Of a DNA stretch of 64,000 nt, positions 49,055-62,805 are shown piece after piece. Every line of letters starts with the position of its first letter. Positions within the stretch are counted from its first letter, which is position 1. The notes under the pieces are model-generated. The model was not told the origin of the DNA. It saw only the letters and a program-made list of their open reading frames with translations, and did not search any database. The position numbers and the translations under genes are program-made. Source of the DNA: Neocallimastix sp. 'constans' (Eukaryota); contig JBODTK010000001.1 in assembly GCA_050613775.1 (NCBI GenBank), positions 1,612,001 to 1,676,000 on the forward strand. The letters are read 5' to 3'.

Positions 49055-51613
49055 ATTAATTATGTTATCTCTTCGAAAATATATATATATATATACTATC
49101 TAAATATGTATAAAAAAAAAAATTAATACTATTCATTTATTATAACTATTTAAATAATATATCAATATATATCAAAAATTTAATATTTTAAATATTTTAG
49201 TAAATTATTTATATAATATATATAGATTTATATATAGTAAAACTAGTTAGTATTATATATATTATTTCTTTTTCTAAGTATAAATAAATAAATAAATAAA
49301 ATAAAAAAAAATATATTTATTTTTTATTTTATTATTTATTTATTTATTTATTTATTTAAATATACTAATATTATAAAATATAATTAGACTTTTGTAATTA
49401 TATTTTATTTTTTCTTAGATATATATTTATATCTATGTATATTTATATATAAATTATTATTTTTATAAATATTTATAATAAAAAATATTTTAATTGTAAA
49501 ATATTATTAGTTTTTTTTTTATATCATGGAATTACATGATAGAAAAAACAAAAACAAAAACAAAAACAAAAATAAAAGCAAAAAAAAAAAAAAAAATAAA
49601 ATAAAGAAAAATAAAAGAAAACTAAAATAAAATAAAACGAAATATAATAAAACAAACAAAAATAATTAATCCATATATTTTATTTTAAGTTTATTAACAT
49701 TAATAAATAAAAAATATTGAAATATAAAAAGTATAAATTTATATATATAAATAAAAAAAAATAATAATAATCATAATAAAATAAATAATAAATAATAATA
49801 AATAATAATAATATAATAATAATAATATAATAATAATAATAATAAAATAAAATATAAAGATAACAAAAAAAAAAAAAAAAAAAAAAAAGAAAATAAAAAA
49901 AAATAAAATAATAAAATAAATAATAAATAAAATAAAATTTTAAGCTGAAAATAGTAAATAAATATAATCATATATCTAAAATATATATATTTTAATTTAT
50001 TTATTTATTTATTTTTTATTTTTTTATTTTTATATTAATATTTATTATAATTATTAGAAAATTTGGATTTTATATGTTAACTTTATTAAATGAATATATT
50101 ATGATTAAGGGTTATTTTGAGTTACTTATATTATTAAGTTAACTAAAAGATTTAAACTAATGCAAAATTTACATTTATTTATATGTTTATATCGGGACTT
50201 GTACATTTAATTTATAACAATATGCATTAATATAGTTGACATGTATTAAGTACGCTTCAATTAAGTGATTTAAAATGCTTTTAAAAAATAAATATGTCCC
50301 TTTTTTTTTTTTTTTTTTTTTTTTCATATGTTTCACATATTCTAACAATTATTATTATTATTCTTAATATTATTATTTTTTATATATCATTTTTCATTTT
50401 TCATTTTTACTTTTTACCATTTATTTATTTAAATATTTATAAGGATTTTTATTATTTTTTTTGATTTTTTTTTTACCTTTTTCTAAAGGGGTTTAACTTT
50501 TTTTTTTTTTTTATATTCAATTTTATATTTATTTTTTTTTAAAAAAAAGCAAACTTTTGAGAATAACTATTCAATGTCAGAATATATTATCATATTATTA
50601 TTATGGATCAATTATATATATTTTATGTAAATATATATTTACATGAATACATAAAGTTAATAAAATAATTAATATATATAATTTTTTTTATTAATATTTA
50701 AAATAACAATAATGAATTAACTATTGAAGTATTAAATAAAGTTTATTCCTAGTCTAAAAAAAAAAAAAAAACTATTGTAGTATTAGTTATAAAAAAAATA
50801 TATATATTAATACTTCAATAGTTTTTTTTTTTTTTTTTTTTTTTTTAGACTAAAAAAAGAAAAAATTAAAAAATTTAATATATTTTTGGATAATTTGATT
50901 TAATTATTAAAATATGTTTTAATTAATTATAATGTTTTAAAAATATAAATTAAAATTTATAGAATATTAATAAATTGAATTTTTTTTAGATTAAAAAAAA
51001 AAAAAAAATTAAAAAATATTATATTAAATAATAATAATAATAATAAATAATAGATAATTATTAATAATTATAATAATAATAATAATAAAAAGAAGAATAT
51101 CGTTATATCCAAGTGGAAAAAACAAACAATATCTAACTTTCAAAATTGAAAATTTTGAACATTTCAAGCCAAGTTATAGATTTTCCAAGTTGATTTTTAC
51201 TATTTTTACTGTTTTACTAAGGATCTTTAAATAGTTATTCTAATTTTTAGGTTAGAGAGAGAAAGAAAAAAAAAAAATAAATGTATCTATATATCTATAT
51301 CTATGCCCATATTTATATCTATAAAGAGACATATTTATAGATAAAAGATAAAATAAATAAATGATAATAAATAAGAAAAAAATAAAAATAATAAATAATA
51401 ATTTATTTAATTAACTATTTATTTGTTAAGGAAAACTTTATTTAATTAAAACATTTTTTTCCCATTAAAAAAAAAATAATAAAAAAAAAAAAAAAATAAA
51501 AATAAAATTTTAATGATAAAATTTAGTTTCTTGGTAATTTTAATTAAATTGACCGAGAAATTATTAATTAAAAAAAAAAATTAAAAATTAAAAATTAAAA
51601 ATTAAAAAATTAA

Positions 51614-51680
<67 letters not shown>

Positions 51681-51809
51681 AATATTTTTATGAGTTGAAT
51701 ATGTTAAAAATTGCATCATAATAGGTGTTACCCGATAGTTATAGTTTTAGCATTTTTATAAATAGTTTAAAATATGTATCATAATATGATAGATAATAGG
51801 CATTATACT

Positions 51810-51858
<49 letters not shown>

Positions 51859-52125
51859 TTTACTAAATAACGTTAAAAAAACTTTTAAAGCTTTATCCTT
51901 ACATAATTTTAAAATAACATTATAATAAAACATATCCTATATATTATACTCATAATATTCAACATCTATTAAAGCATACGTTTTTTTTTTTTAACTTATT
52001 TTTAACATTTTTTAATTGTTAATAATAATAATAATAAATATTAATAAATATTAATATCAATAAATAATAATAATAATAATAAATAATTATAAATAATAAT
52101 AAATAGTAAATAATAAATAATAATA

Positions 52126-52167
<42 letters not shown>

Positions 52168-53916
52168 GAAAAACAAATCTTTGTTTTATTTATATAATCT
52201 ACTCTTATTCAATCAATCAATGTCCACTTATGGTATACATCTCATTCATGATAGTAGGTCCTTTATATGCTAAATACTTTGAATTGGCTTAGTTCATCAC
52301 CCCTCTAGCCAATATGTTACGTTCCATACATATCACAAATTACTATTATGTATTTTTAACTTCTCAAAAAACTTATAATATTTATAAGGGCTTTCTTTTT
52401 TATTAGATATATTAATAAAAATATATAAAAATAGGTTATATATATATATTTTTATATTGATATATATTGAATATTTAGTGTAAAAATACATAGAATAACA
52501 CCTATTATTATGCTATTTTTAACATATCTAATTCAAGTATTAAAAGTATATAGGATAATAAAAGTTATTATTATATTTTTTAACGTTATTAATCTGCCTA
52601 TAAACAGGTTTAAAATATACATAATAATAAGTTATTATGTATTTTTTTTTTATTTTATTTTATCTTTTTTAACATATTCAATTTATTAATTTTTTTTTAA
52701 TGTTTATTATTAATAAATTCAATCAACCTTTAATAATACAGATAATCATGGATCAAAGGACTTTCTTATTACATAGTATTGTATGACACTTCATTCATGT
52801 TTCGTACTTTGATACTTTAATATAGCAGTAGGTATGCATAGCTACAGTAAAATATAAAAATATAAAATAAAACAAACAAAACAAAAAAATAAATAAAATT
52901 TTAAATTAAGAATTAAGAATCATATAAAAAAATAAAATAAAATTTGTAAATATATATATATATATATATATGTATGTATATTTATTTCATAACGTGTAAA
53001 ATATATGTGAAATAAGCTTTGAATTAATTGAAACATATTATGTAAATTAATTTATAAGTCAAATTGAAAAGATATAAAACCATGTAATTTGCTACTAAAA
53101 ATAAAGTTTACCAATACTTTATTGCAAAAATATATTAATAAAAAATTGACATAATTATGAAACATAAATTATTGATATTTGTAAAAAAAGATTAAGCATC
53201 TTAGGAAGTCTTCTTTATAGTGATTCTTTGAAAATGAGTCAATTGTTTGATACCATGCTATGTCAAAGAAAATAAAATTAAAATTCTTAAATTATGATAA
53301 ATGGTTTCCATTAGATCAATTTTTAGTGAAAACTGAATCTCATTATTGATTAATAATGAAGATGGTTGAAATTGAATGATATAAATTTTAAAATTTGGAA
53401 AAAAAAATTTTTTTTTTTTTCTTTTTAAAACTTTTTTTAATACAAAAATGAGGATCTAAATAATAGAAGAAACATCCTTAAATACGATATGATGATCTAA
53501 ATAATAGAAGAAGCATCCTTATTACAAAGTGAGGATCTAAACTAGGCATGAATATCATAATAAAATAAGGAAACTTAGAGACTCTTAAATGAATTTATAG
53601 CTGTAATAATTAAAAAAAAAATTATAAAATACTTATAGATATATAAATTAAAAGTAAAAAAAAAAAAATAACAAAAAAAAAAAAAAAAAAAAAAACAGGT
53701 TTTAATAAAATATCTATAATAAATATATATATATGAAAGGTAAAAAAAAAAAAAAAAAAAGTTATTGAATATCTATAGATATATATATAAAAGGTAAAGG
53801 AAAAAAAAAGTTATAAAATATAATATAATAATTTATTAACATTAAACCAAAGAGTAGTCAAATTAAGTAATAAATGAAGCAAAACCAAAGAGTAGTCGTA
53901 ATAAATAATTTAAATA

Positions 53917-53952
<36 letters not shown>

Positions 53953-55240
53953 GGAAGTTACCATAAATAATAGAATTGGATGGTGAAATATCTAACAAGT
54001 ATTCAATCCATTATATAAAACTAGTATCAGTAACATTTAATAACAATAGCCTAAACTATATATTTTGATAATAAAAGCATATACTAATATCATTAAATAA
54101 TAATAGTAACAAACTATATCATATTAAATTCTGTATGCACACACTATATTGCTATAAAACTCTATATTGCTATATTGTTAAATATATATGATTATGATAT
54201 AGTATTTGCATGTATTGTTAACATATTACAGCTGTTACATATTTTAATAATTATATGTAATATCACTACATTTTAATAATAATGATAAAAAGTTATGTTT
54301 GTTAACAATGCATAACATATATGCAATATATATACCTATTATATAACAGTTGTGTTATTTATCTATCATAATTATTATTCAAATATACAATAACTATACT
54401 AATTATAAATATATAATAATATGCTATTTTACACTTCTGTTATATATACCCAACATATGCATAAACTATACATATTAATACAATAGTTTATGCATTTAAT
54501 ATTATTAATAATATAAGCATAATAATAGATATATTGCAATAATTTGTAATAGTACAATTAATCAATATTCCAATAACTAATATCAATGATAAATATAACT
54601 AGTATTTTATTAGTGTTGCAATAGTATTAACAAATTATTAATTTGTTAATACTACCCAACCCAATAATTAAAGATATAAAAATTTATTATCCAAAAAAAA
54701 AAAAAAAAAAAAAAAAAGAGAGAAATAATAAAGGTTTAAAAGTTTTATTCACAAAAAAGAAAAAAAAAAATTAATAATAAAGGTATAAAGGTTTTAAAAA
54801 TCTTTATTCACAAAAACGAAGTCATTTTTTTAAAATATTACAACAAAAAAAAAAAAAAAAGGGTAATAATAAAAGTCAGATTGAAAGGATATAAAAGTAT
54901 GTTATTTTTACTTAAATAAATATTAGTAATTCTTTATCATAAAAAATATATTAATAAAATTGACATGATTATAAAACTTAAATTACTGCTATTTAAATTT
55001 GTTTATATGTAAATAGATTTATTTATATAAAAAATATCATGAAAACCTATATTTTTTTTTTATTTTTAAATAATAAAATTAAAAAATTTTAACATTTATT
55101 ATAAATAATATTGTATTAAAATAGGGATCAAATTATTTAAATATATTTTTATATGCCTATATCATAGATATATGAATATATATATAAATTATAAATAAAC
55201 GTAGCTAAATGTCCTTATAAATAATGTATTTAAAAGTATT

Positions 55241-56523
55241 AAAAAGCTTTCCATGTAAAGAACCGTACCTATATAGTACTAAAATAAGGGTGAAATATTT
55301 ATATAAAGGAATGTTCTATGTAGTACTATATATGTTAGGTTTAATATATTATAAAAATTTATAGATTATTAATATATAATATACATAGTGTTCATGAACA
55401 TTTATAATGATAAAAAAAAAAAAAGAGATTATAAATAAATATTATTTTATACAATATAGAAGAATATATATATATATATATTAAGAGATTATAAATAAAT
55501 ATTATTCTATACAATATAGAAGAATATATATATATATATTTTTTTTTTTTAATGCTATATATTTTTATTTTATTTATATCTGAAAAGATCTTATATATAC
55601 AATATATATTATATTTATTAAAATTATTAAAAGAAAAAGATATAAAAAAAAAAAGAAATAAAAATAAAAATTAACATAAAAATAATAAATATCTTAAAAT
55701 AAACCCCTTTGGAACTTTAATAATAATAAAATTTTATTATTTTATATAATGTTTTAAAGTGTATTTAAAACGTACATTGAAGTTTATAGATTATTTATTG
55801 TACTATTTATTATTAATATTTAGTTTTTATTGATTTAATTATTTGTTTAATGAATATATAAAAATGTTTTTAAATAGAAAAAAAAAAAAATTAATATACA
55901 TATGCATACATATATATGCACACATATATATATATATATTTATTTAAAAGGAAAAAAAAAAAAAAAAGAAAAATAATTATAAATATAATATTTATTTAAG
56001 TTTTAAAAAAAATTAATAATTAAAAATATAAATATTTTATTAATAACAAATAGTACTATAAATAATCTTTACAAATAGAATAAGTAAGTACTATAAATAA
56101 TCTTTAACCATATATGTCCATGGATTAAATATACCTTTTACAATTTTTTTTTATTTCAAACATTATATAACATAATAAAATTTTATTATCAAAGTTCCAA
56201 AGAGCCTATTTTAAGATACTTGGTATTTTAATATACTTGTTAAAATATTAACATATATGATATATATATTTTATATATAAGATCTTTTCAGATATAAATA
56301 AAATAAAAATATATACCTTTAACCAAAAAAAAATTTTTATATTCTTCTTCTATATTGTATAGAATAATAATATTTATTTTATAATCTATTTTTTTTTTAT
56401 CATTATAAATGTATATGAAAACTATGTATATTGTATATTAATAATCAGTACTACATAAAATATTCCTTTATATGGATATTTCACCCTTACTTTAGATAGG
56501 GTTCTTTAAATTGAAAGCTTTTT
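55241..56523. mobile_element. Degenerate foldback element: long imperfect inverted repeats ~55241-55760 and ~56155-56523
   Basis: Colinear inverted blocks: AAAAAGCTTTC/GAAAGCTTTTT, TAAGGGTGAAATAT/ATATTTCACCCTTA, TATCTGAAAAGATCTTATATA/TATATAAGATCTTTTCAGATA and CTTTGGAACTTT/AAAGTTCCAAAG. No clear TSD. Confidence 0.7.
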
Positions 56524-57224
56524 CTATAATAAATTATTTATTTATTTTTGATGACGACGGTTATAATAAAAAAATAAATAATTTTGTATTAATATTAAAA
56601 TATATCAATTATAATAAAAAAAAAATGAAATAAATAAAAAATAAATAAATAATCAAATAATCAGTAAACATAATAAAAATTCCTTTATAATAAATAAAAT
56701 AAATAAATAATAAATAGTAAATCATAAATAATATATAATAAATAATAAATAATAAATCATAAATCATAAATAATAGGTAATATATAAAGAATAAATAATA
56801 AATATATATATATATTTTTTTTAGAAGCCGCAATTATTACGAACTTTAACTTTATTTTGAATACTATTTTAAGTATTTTTATTGGACAAATAATATTAAT
56901 TTATAATTAAATGAATTTTTTTTTTAAAAAAACACAATTAATAAAAAAATAAATAATTAATAAATTAATAATTAATAAATAATATAAATAAAGTATATGA
57001 AAAAAGTTCATATGCAACGAACCTCACCTCCAGATTAATTGATTTCTGTTTAAAGGAAATTCTTACTCTGGATTAGGGTTTGAATTAACAATCCAAAAGA
57101 AATTATGATTTTTTCCTTCAGAGGCATTGTCCCTGCTGGCCTGTCTTACTGTATTTTTAGCTTTGACAATCCATAATAAATAATAAATAATGAAATAATA
57201 AATAATAAATAATAAATAATGAAT

Positions 57225-57610
57225 AATAAAAAAGAGTATTTATTAATAAATAATAAATAATAAATAATAAAAAAGAGTATTTATTAATAAATAATAAATA
57301 ATAAATAATAAAAAAGAGTATTTATTAATAAATAATAAATAATAAAAAAGAGTATTTATTACTAAATAATAAATAATAAAGAGTATTTATTAATAAATAA
57401 TAAATAATAAAGAGTATTTATTAATAAATAATAAATAATAAATAATAAAGAGTATTTATTAATAAATAATAAATAATAAAAAAGAGTATTTATTAATAAA
57501 TAATAAATAATAAATAATAAAAAAGAGTATTTATTAATAAATAATAAATAATAAATAATAAATAATAAATAATAAATAATAAAAAAGAGTATTTATTAAT
57601 AAATAATAAA
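57225..57610. repeat. Minisatellite: core AAAGAGTATTTATTAATAAAT followed by a variable number of AATAAAT units, ~10 copies
   Basis: Directly visible. Confidence 0.85.
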
Positions 57611-60600
57611 TCATAAATAATAAATCATAAATCATAAATATTTAACTTTCTAGTTTTTAATGCATTCATATATATAAATTTTTTTTTATAAAAAGAAGGC
57701 TAATAAAAAGTATATATTACAAATATTTATTTATATACTATTTAAGCTATCTTAATTATGATTCATGACTAATTATTTATTATTTATTATTAAATTTTTT
57801 TTTTGTATTGATTTGCAATTTAATTTTTTTGTATTAATTTGAGTTTTTATAAACTAATTTTTTTTTTTTTTTTTTTCGGCTTTAAATGAATGTGTAACTA
57901 AGATGTTATTTAGTCCAATAAATAAGAAAATATTATATAGTATTATTAATCAATATATATAACTAATTAAATAATAATAATAAAGAAATCAAGGGCAAAT
58001 CAATTATTTTATGCTTGACCTTAAAAAAAAAAAAAAAAAAACTAAAGAAAAGAAATAAAATAGATGTCAGGGTTTGTAATTTTTTTTATTTTATTAATTA
58101 AAGTATATATTATTATAATTATTTATATTTTATAATAGATTCTTTTAATAAATAAATTTGACTAAATCAATTTACCAACCAGTTGCCTTAATATTATATT
58201 GCAGATATATCTCTAGTAGAAAATCTCAAATAGAATAGAATAAATGATTTAACTTTAGAGTACAATTTTTTAGAAATAAAAAAAAAAAAAAAAATAAAAT
58301 TAATAGTTTGTATTTAATTTTTTAATTTAAAATAATAAAAATTTCCTTTATAATAAAATAAAATAAATAATAAATAATAAATAATAAATAAATAAATAAT
58401 AAATAAATAATAAATAGATAATAGATGATAAATATTAAATAAATAATACATAATACATAATAAATAATAATAAATAAATAATTTAAATAAATAATTCATA
58501 TTTTTATGAAATTCCATTATTTATTTATTATAATTTATTTAATGGACTATTCTAATATATTTCATTATAAATGATTAAATCATTAATTATATATCATATT
58601 ATTATTTAATTAGAATATAGTTATTATTTATATTTTTTATTAATTACAGCACATTTAAATTAAATATTTATAAACAGTGTTTTTTTTTTTATTTTTATTC
58701 TTTTTTTTTTTTTTTTTTTTTTTATTTTTATTTTTATTTTTATTTTTTTATTTTTATTTTTTTTTTTTTTATACAAAAGTACATCATCTATTTTTTTTTT
58801 TTATTTTATTTCTTTATTTATTTATTTAATAAATTAAAATTTTTTTTGAAGTGACACAAATAAAATTTTAATTTGTTTTATATTACAATTGTCAATTTTA
58901 ATTATCTAGTTCATATTTACAATACTCTTCCAATATATTCCAATATATAGATCTAATTATTAAAAAACTTTATTTGATGTCTCAATGTAAATTTAAATTT
59001 CTTTTTTTTTTTTTCTTTCCATCTAAAAAAAAAATTAGAATTTAAATATAATCTATTGGAATAGTATAATGAAATTAATAATAAATAGAATTTAGCAAGT
59101 AAATTAACATGAATATAATTAATATAAAATATATTTTTGTTATTTTTGAAAATTATTACTGTATATTAATATTTATAATAATAATGAAAAATAACAAATA
59201 AATATTAATCGAATAATAAATATAATTACATGAATAATAAATAATAAATAATACATAATAAATAATAAAAAAAAACATATTATATTAGGGAATAATTATT
59301 AGCTTCAATTTAATACAATTTTGTTGTACTATCTTTTCTAATTAATTATATATCCCTTAAAAATTAAATAAACAATTATTGTAAATCGTAATAAATAATA
59401 AAAGAATAATTAATAAATAATTATGTAATGCGCAATAAATATAATGATTAATAAATAAATATCAATAATTAATAATTAAATAACTAATAATGGTAATATA
59501 AATTATTTGAACTATTACTGTATAGTTCTAATAGTTCTAATTATTTATATATTATTTATTATTGATTGATGATAGTATTTATTTTGAATATTCATTATTA
59601 ATTGTTCAATAATATTAATTGTTCAATAATTATTATTTATAATGTTATGTTTCAATGATTACAAGATAAAAAGAAAAAAGAATGTTTATATTAAATAATA
59701 TTTTTCTTTCTATAAAAGGAAGAACGTTCTAGTACAGTAATGAATAGAATAAATTAATAAAAAAAAAAAAAGAATTTCATTAAATACATTAGAGATACAT
59801 TAAGGCTAAGTTACATTTAATAATGTATTTAATTTATTATTAATTAAATATTAAATAATTAAATTTTGATAAGGTTAAATTAGAATTGAATATTCTATTC
59901 TTCATATGAATCTTATTGAGAAATAGTACATAGATGCTTGTTAATTTCTATAATTGTGAATATACTTCAGATCTGTACTTCATTTTTTTAATTATAATTT
60001 AATATGTAATACATTATGTATTAATAGTTGTATTATTATTATCATTATTATTATTAAATTATTTTAATTTTTTATATAATTTTAATTTTTTATAGTTAAT
60101 TCATAAATTACAATTTAAAAGCTTTTACTTTAAGAATTATATAATCAAAGTTATTTCATTTTATTTTTTATTTTATTATTATTATTATTATTATTTTTTT
60201 TTTATTAATTATCAACTATACTCGATTCTTTCATTTTAAACTTTTTCACCTTTCAAACTTTTTATATTTTAATCATAAAATTTCAATAAAGATAATTTAT
60301 AATTTATCTTTTAGCATAAAATTACAATAAAAATAATTCATAACTTTTTAAATTCTTTTTTTTTTTTTTTATTTTTTTAATTTTAATATTAGAATAATAA
60401 CTTTCACAAATTATTTATAAGAAAACTAATTACATTATATATTTTTTTTTTATTTTTTTAAATTAGATTTAAATAAAAGTTATTTTATTTTATTTTTTCT
60501 ATTATTTTCTTTGTTTTCGAATCAATCGAAGAATCTTAAGGTTTGTTTATAAAATTAAAATAAAAAAAAAAGTTTAGATGATGAAAAGATAAAAAAAATG

Positions 60601-61445
60601 AGAAATTAATATATCTTAATTTATTTTTATTTTACTTCTTATATTTTATTTTTTTTTTTTATATTTTACTTTATTCTTATTTTATTTTATATTTAATTTT
60701 ATATTTTTATTTTACTTTTTATATTTTAATTTTATATTTTGGTTTATTCCTATTTTATTTTATGTTTAAATTTATATTTAATTTTAATTTTATTTTATTT
60801 TTAATTTTGCATTTTTTTAATGATTTCCACTCATTTTCTAGACATTTGTTGTGGAAAATTGATTTAATCTAAATATTTTGTGGCAGTTTTTATTATCATT
60901 ATTATCATTATGTTTTATTGTATTTCATTTTATTTCAATTAAGGATTAATTAATTAAAAACAAATTGAATTCAATAAAGCCATATTTGAATAGAAGTAGT
61001 TACTTAATTGTTCATTATGTAATAGTTATGATTAATTTCCCGCGCCATTTACCATTTCCACTTTTTCACAAATATCATATAATTTAAAATTTAGTTTTAG
61101 TTTTTTTTTTTTTTTTGTTGTTGTTAGTTGCGTGTAACGTAAATTTAATAAATATAAAATAAGTATGAATTACATTATAAAATTAATAAATATTAATATA
61201 AAAATAAGTAATAAATAAATGTATAAATATATTATTAATAAAATAATATATATATATAAATACACATATGAATAAAATCTAAATAAATATACATAAAATT
61301 TAAATAAATATAAAATAAATATTAAGCTAATATAAATTAATATATATGTTATTAAAACATTTATATGTATTAAAGTAAAAAATTTATTACATTTTAAATA
61401 ATATAAATATAAATAAAAAAAAATTTTATTTTTATAAAATTAAAA

Positions 61446-61476
<31 letters not shown>

Positions 61477-62805
61477 ATAGAAAAACGAAAAAATATCATT
61501 TAATAAAAAAAGTTTTTTTTTTTTTTTTTAATTTTTTTTATATTTAATTCAATATTTGTTTTTTAATACATTGAAAATTGAATAAAAAGATGAATATAAT
61601 ATATAATATATTCTAGACATATATAATGATTATAATATTTAGAAAATAAGAATTTGTTCATTTAGATAACTTATTAATTTATTATTTACGAAATTTTAAT
61701 TATTATGATATGTACAAATAAAATCTAAACAAATGAATAATGTAATAAAATATAGAATTTTAACTCGTCATCCATTATTAAAAAAATACATATATATTTA
61801 ATATTTAATAATAAATTTAAAATTATAAATGATTTGATAAAAACCTGAATATTGTGCTTAATATATTTATTATATCGATTGAGTAATGGTGAATAATTTA
61901 CATAATATACATAATAAAATAGAATATATGTAGAGATATACTTTAATTTTTTTATGTATTACAAAATATATTGTGTAATATATGGTGAATATTAGTATAG
62001 ACCCTATTTTGTATTTAAATAATTTGAAAATATCAGGTTAAATATATATGAAACTTTATATTCATTAAAATATAAAAAAAAATTAAATATGACTTTATAT
62101 ATATTTTTTATTTTAATAATTTATAATGAATAAAGTTTATATTATGAAAAACAAATTAAAAAGCATTAAAAATTTAAAACTATAATTAATTATATTATTT
62201 CATATATTAAATAATTTATTAATCTATTATTATTTTATATTAAATTCAAGGGAAAAAGAATAGTCTATATTAAAAGTATTAATTTTTAATTAAAAAAATT
62301 TTTTTTTTCTTTTTAGTTTCAATTATTTATCATTATTTTATAATTATGGAATTTTAAAATTTAAATAAAAGTAAAATAATAATATAAAATAAATAGAAAA
62401 AAAATTTTTTTATAATATCAATATATTCTATTCAAATATTTATTATATTTATTATATATTATGAATAAAATAGAATAATTGAAATATAATTTGTAATAAA
62501 TTTTTTATAATATCTAATATATATGAATTTTTTTCATAATATATTTTTATTTTTTCTATTATAAATATTTTTTGTATAAAATTTTTCATAAATTATATAA
62601 ATATAAGCATTTTCCTTTTCATTAATTAGTTAATATTTTAAAAAAAAAAATTTAAAGCCTTTTTTTTAGAATATATAAAAAAAAAAAAAAAATAAATAAA
62701 AGTTTATATATATATATTAAGAAAAAAAGAAGGGAGATATACAATAAAATAAAAAAGAATAAAAAATAAAAAAAAAATAAATAATTTAATAAATATTATA
62801 TCAAA

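Noticed and set aside
57225..57610. CRISPR-like repeat-spacer array
   Set aside because: The spacers are just variable numbers of AATAAAT units; the context is eukaryotic and there are no cas genes.
56672..58375. LTR-like direct repeats (AATTCCTTTATAATAAA...)
   Set aside because: The match is short and mostly low-complexity, with no TG...CA ends, PBS or internal ORF.
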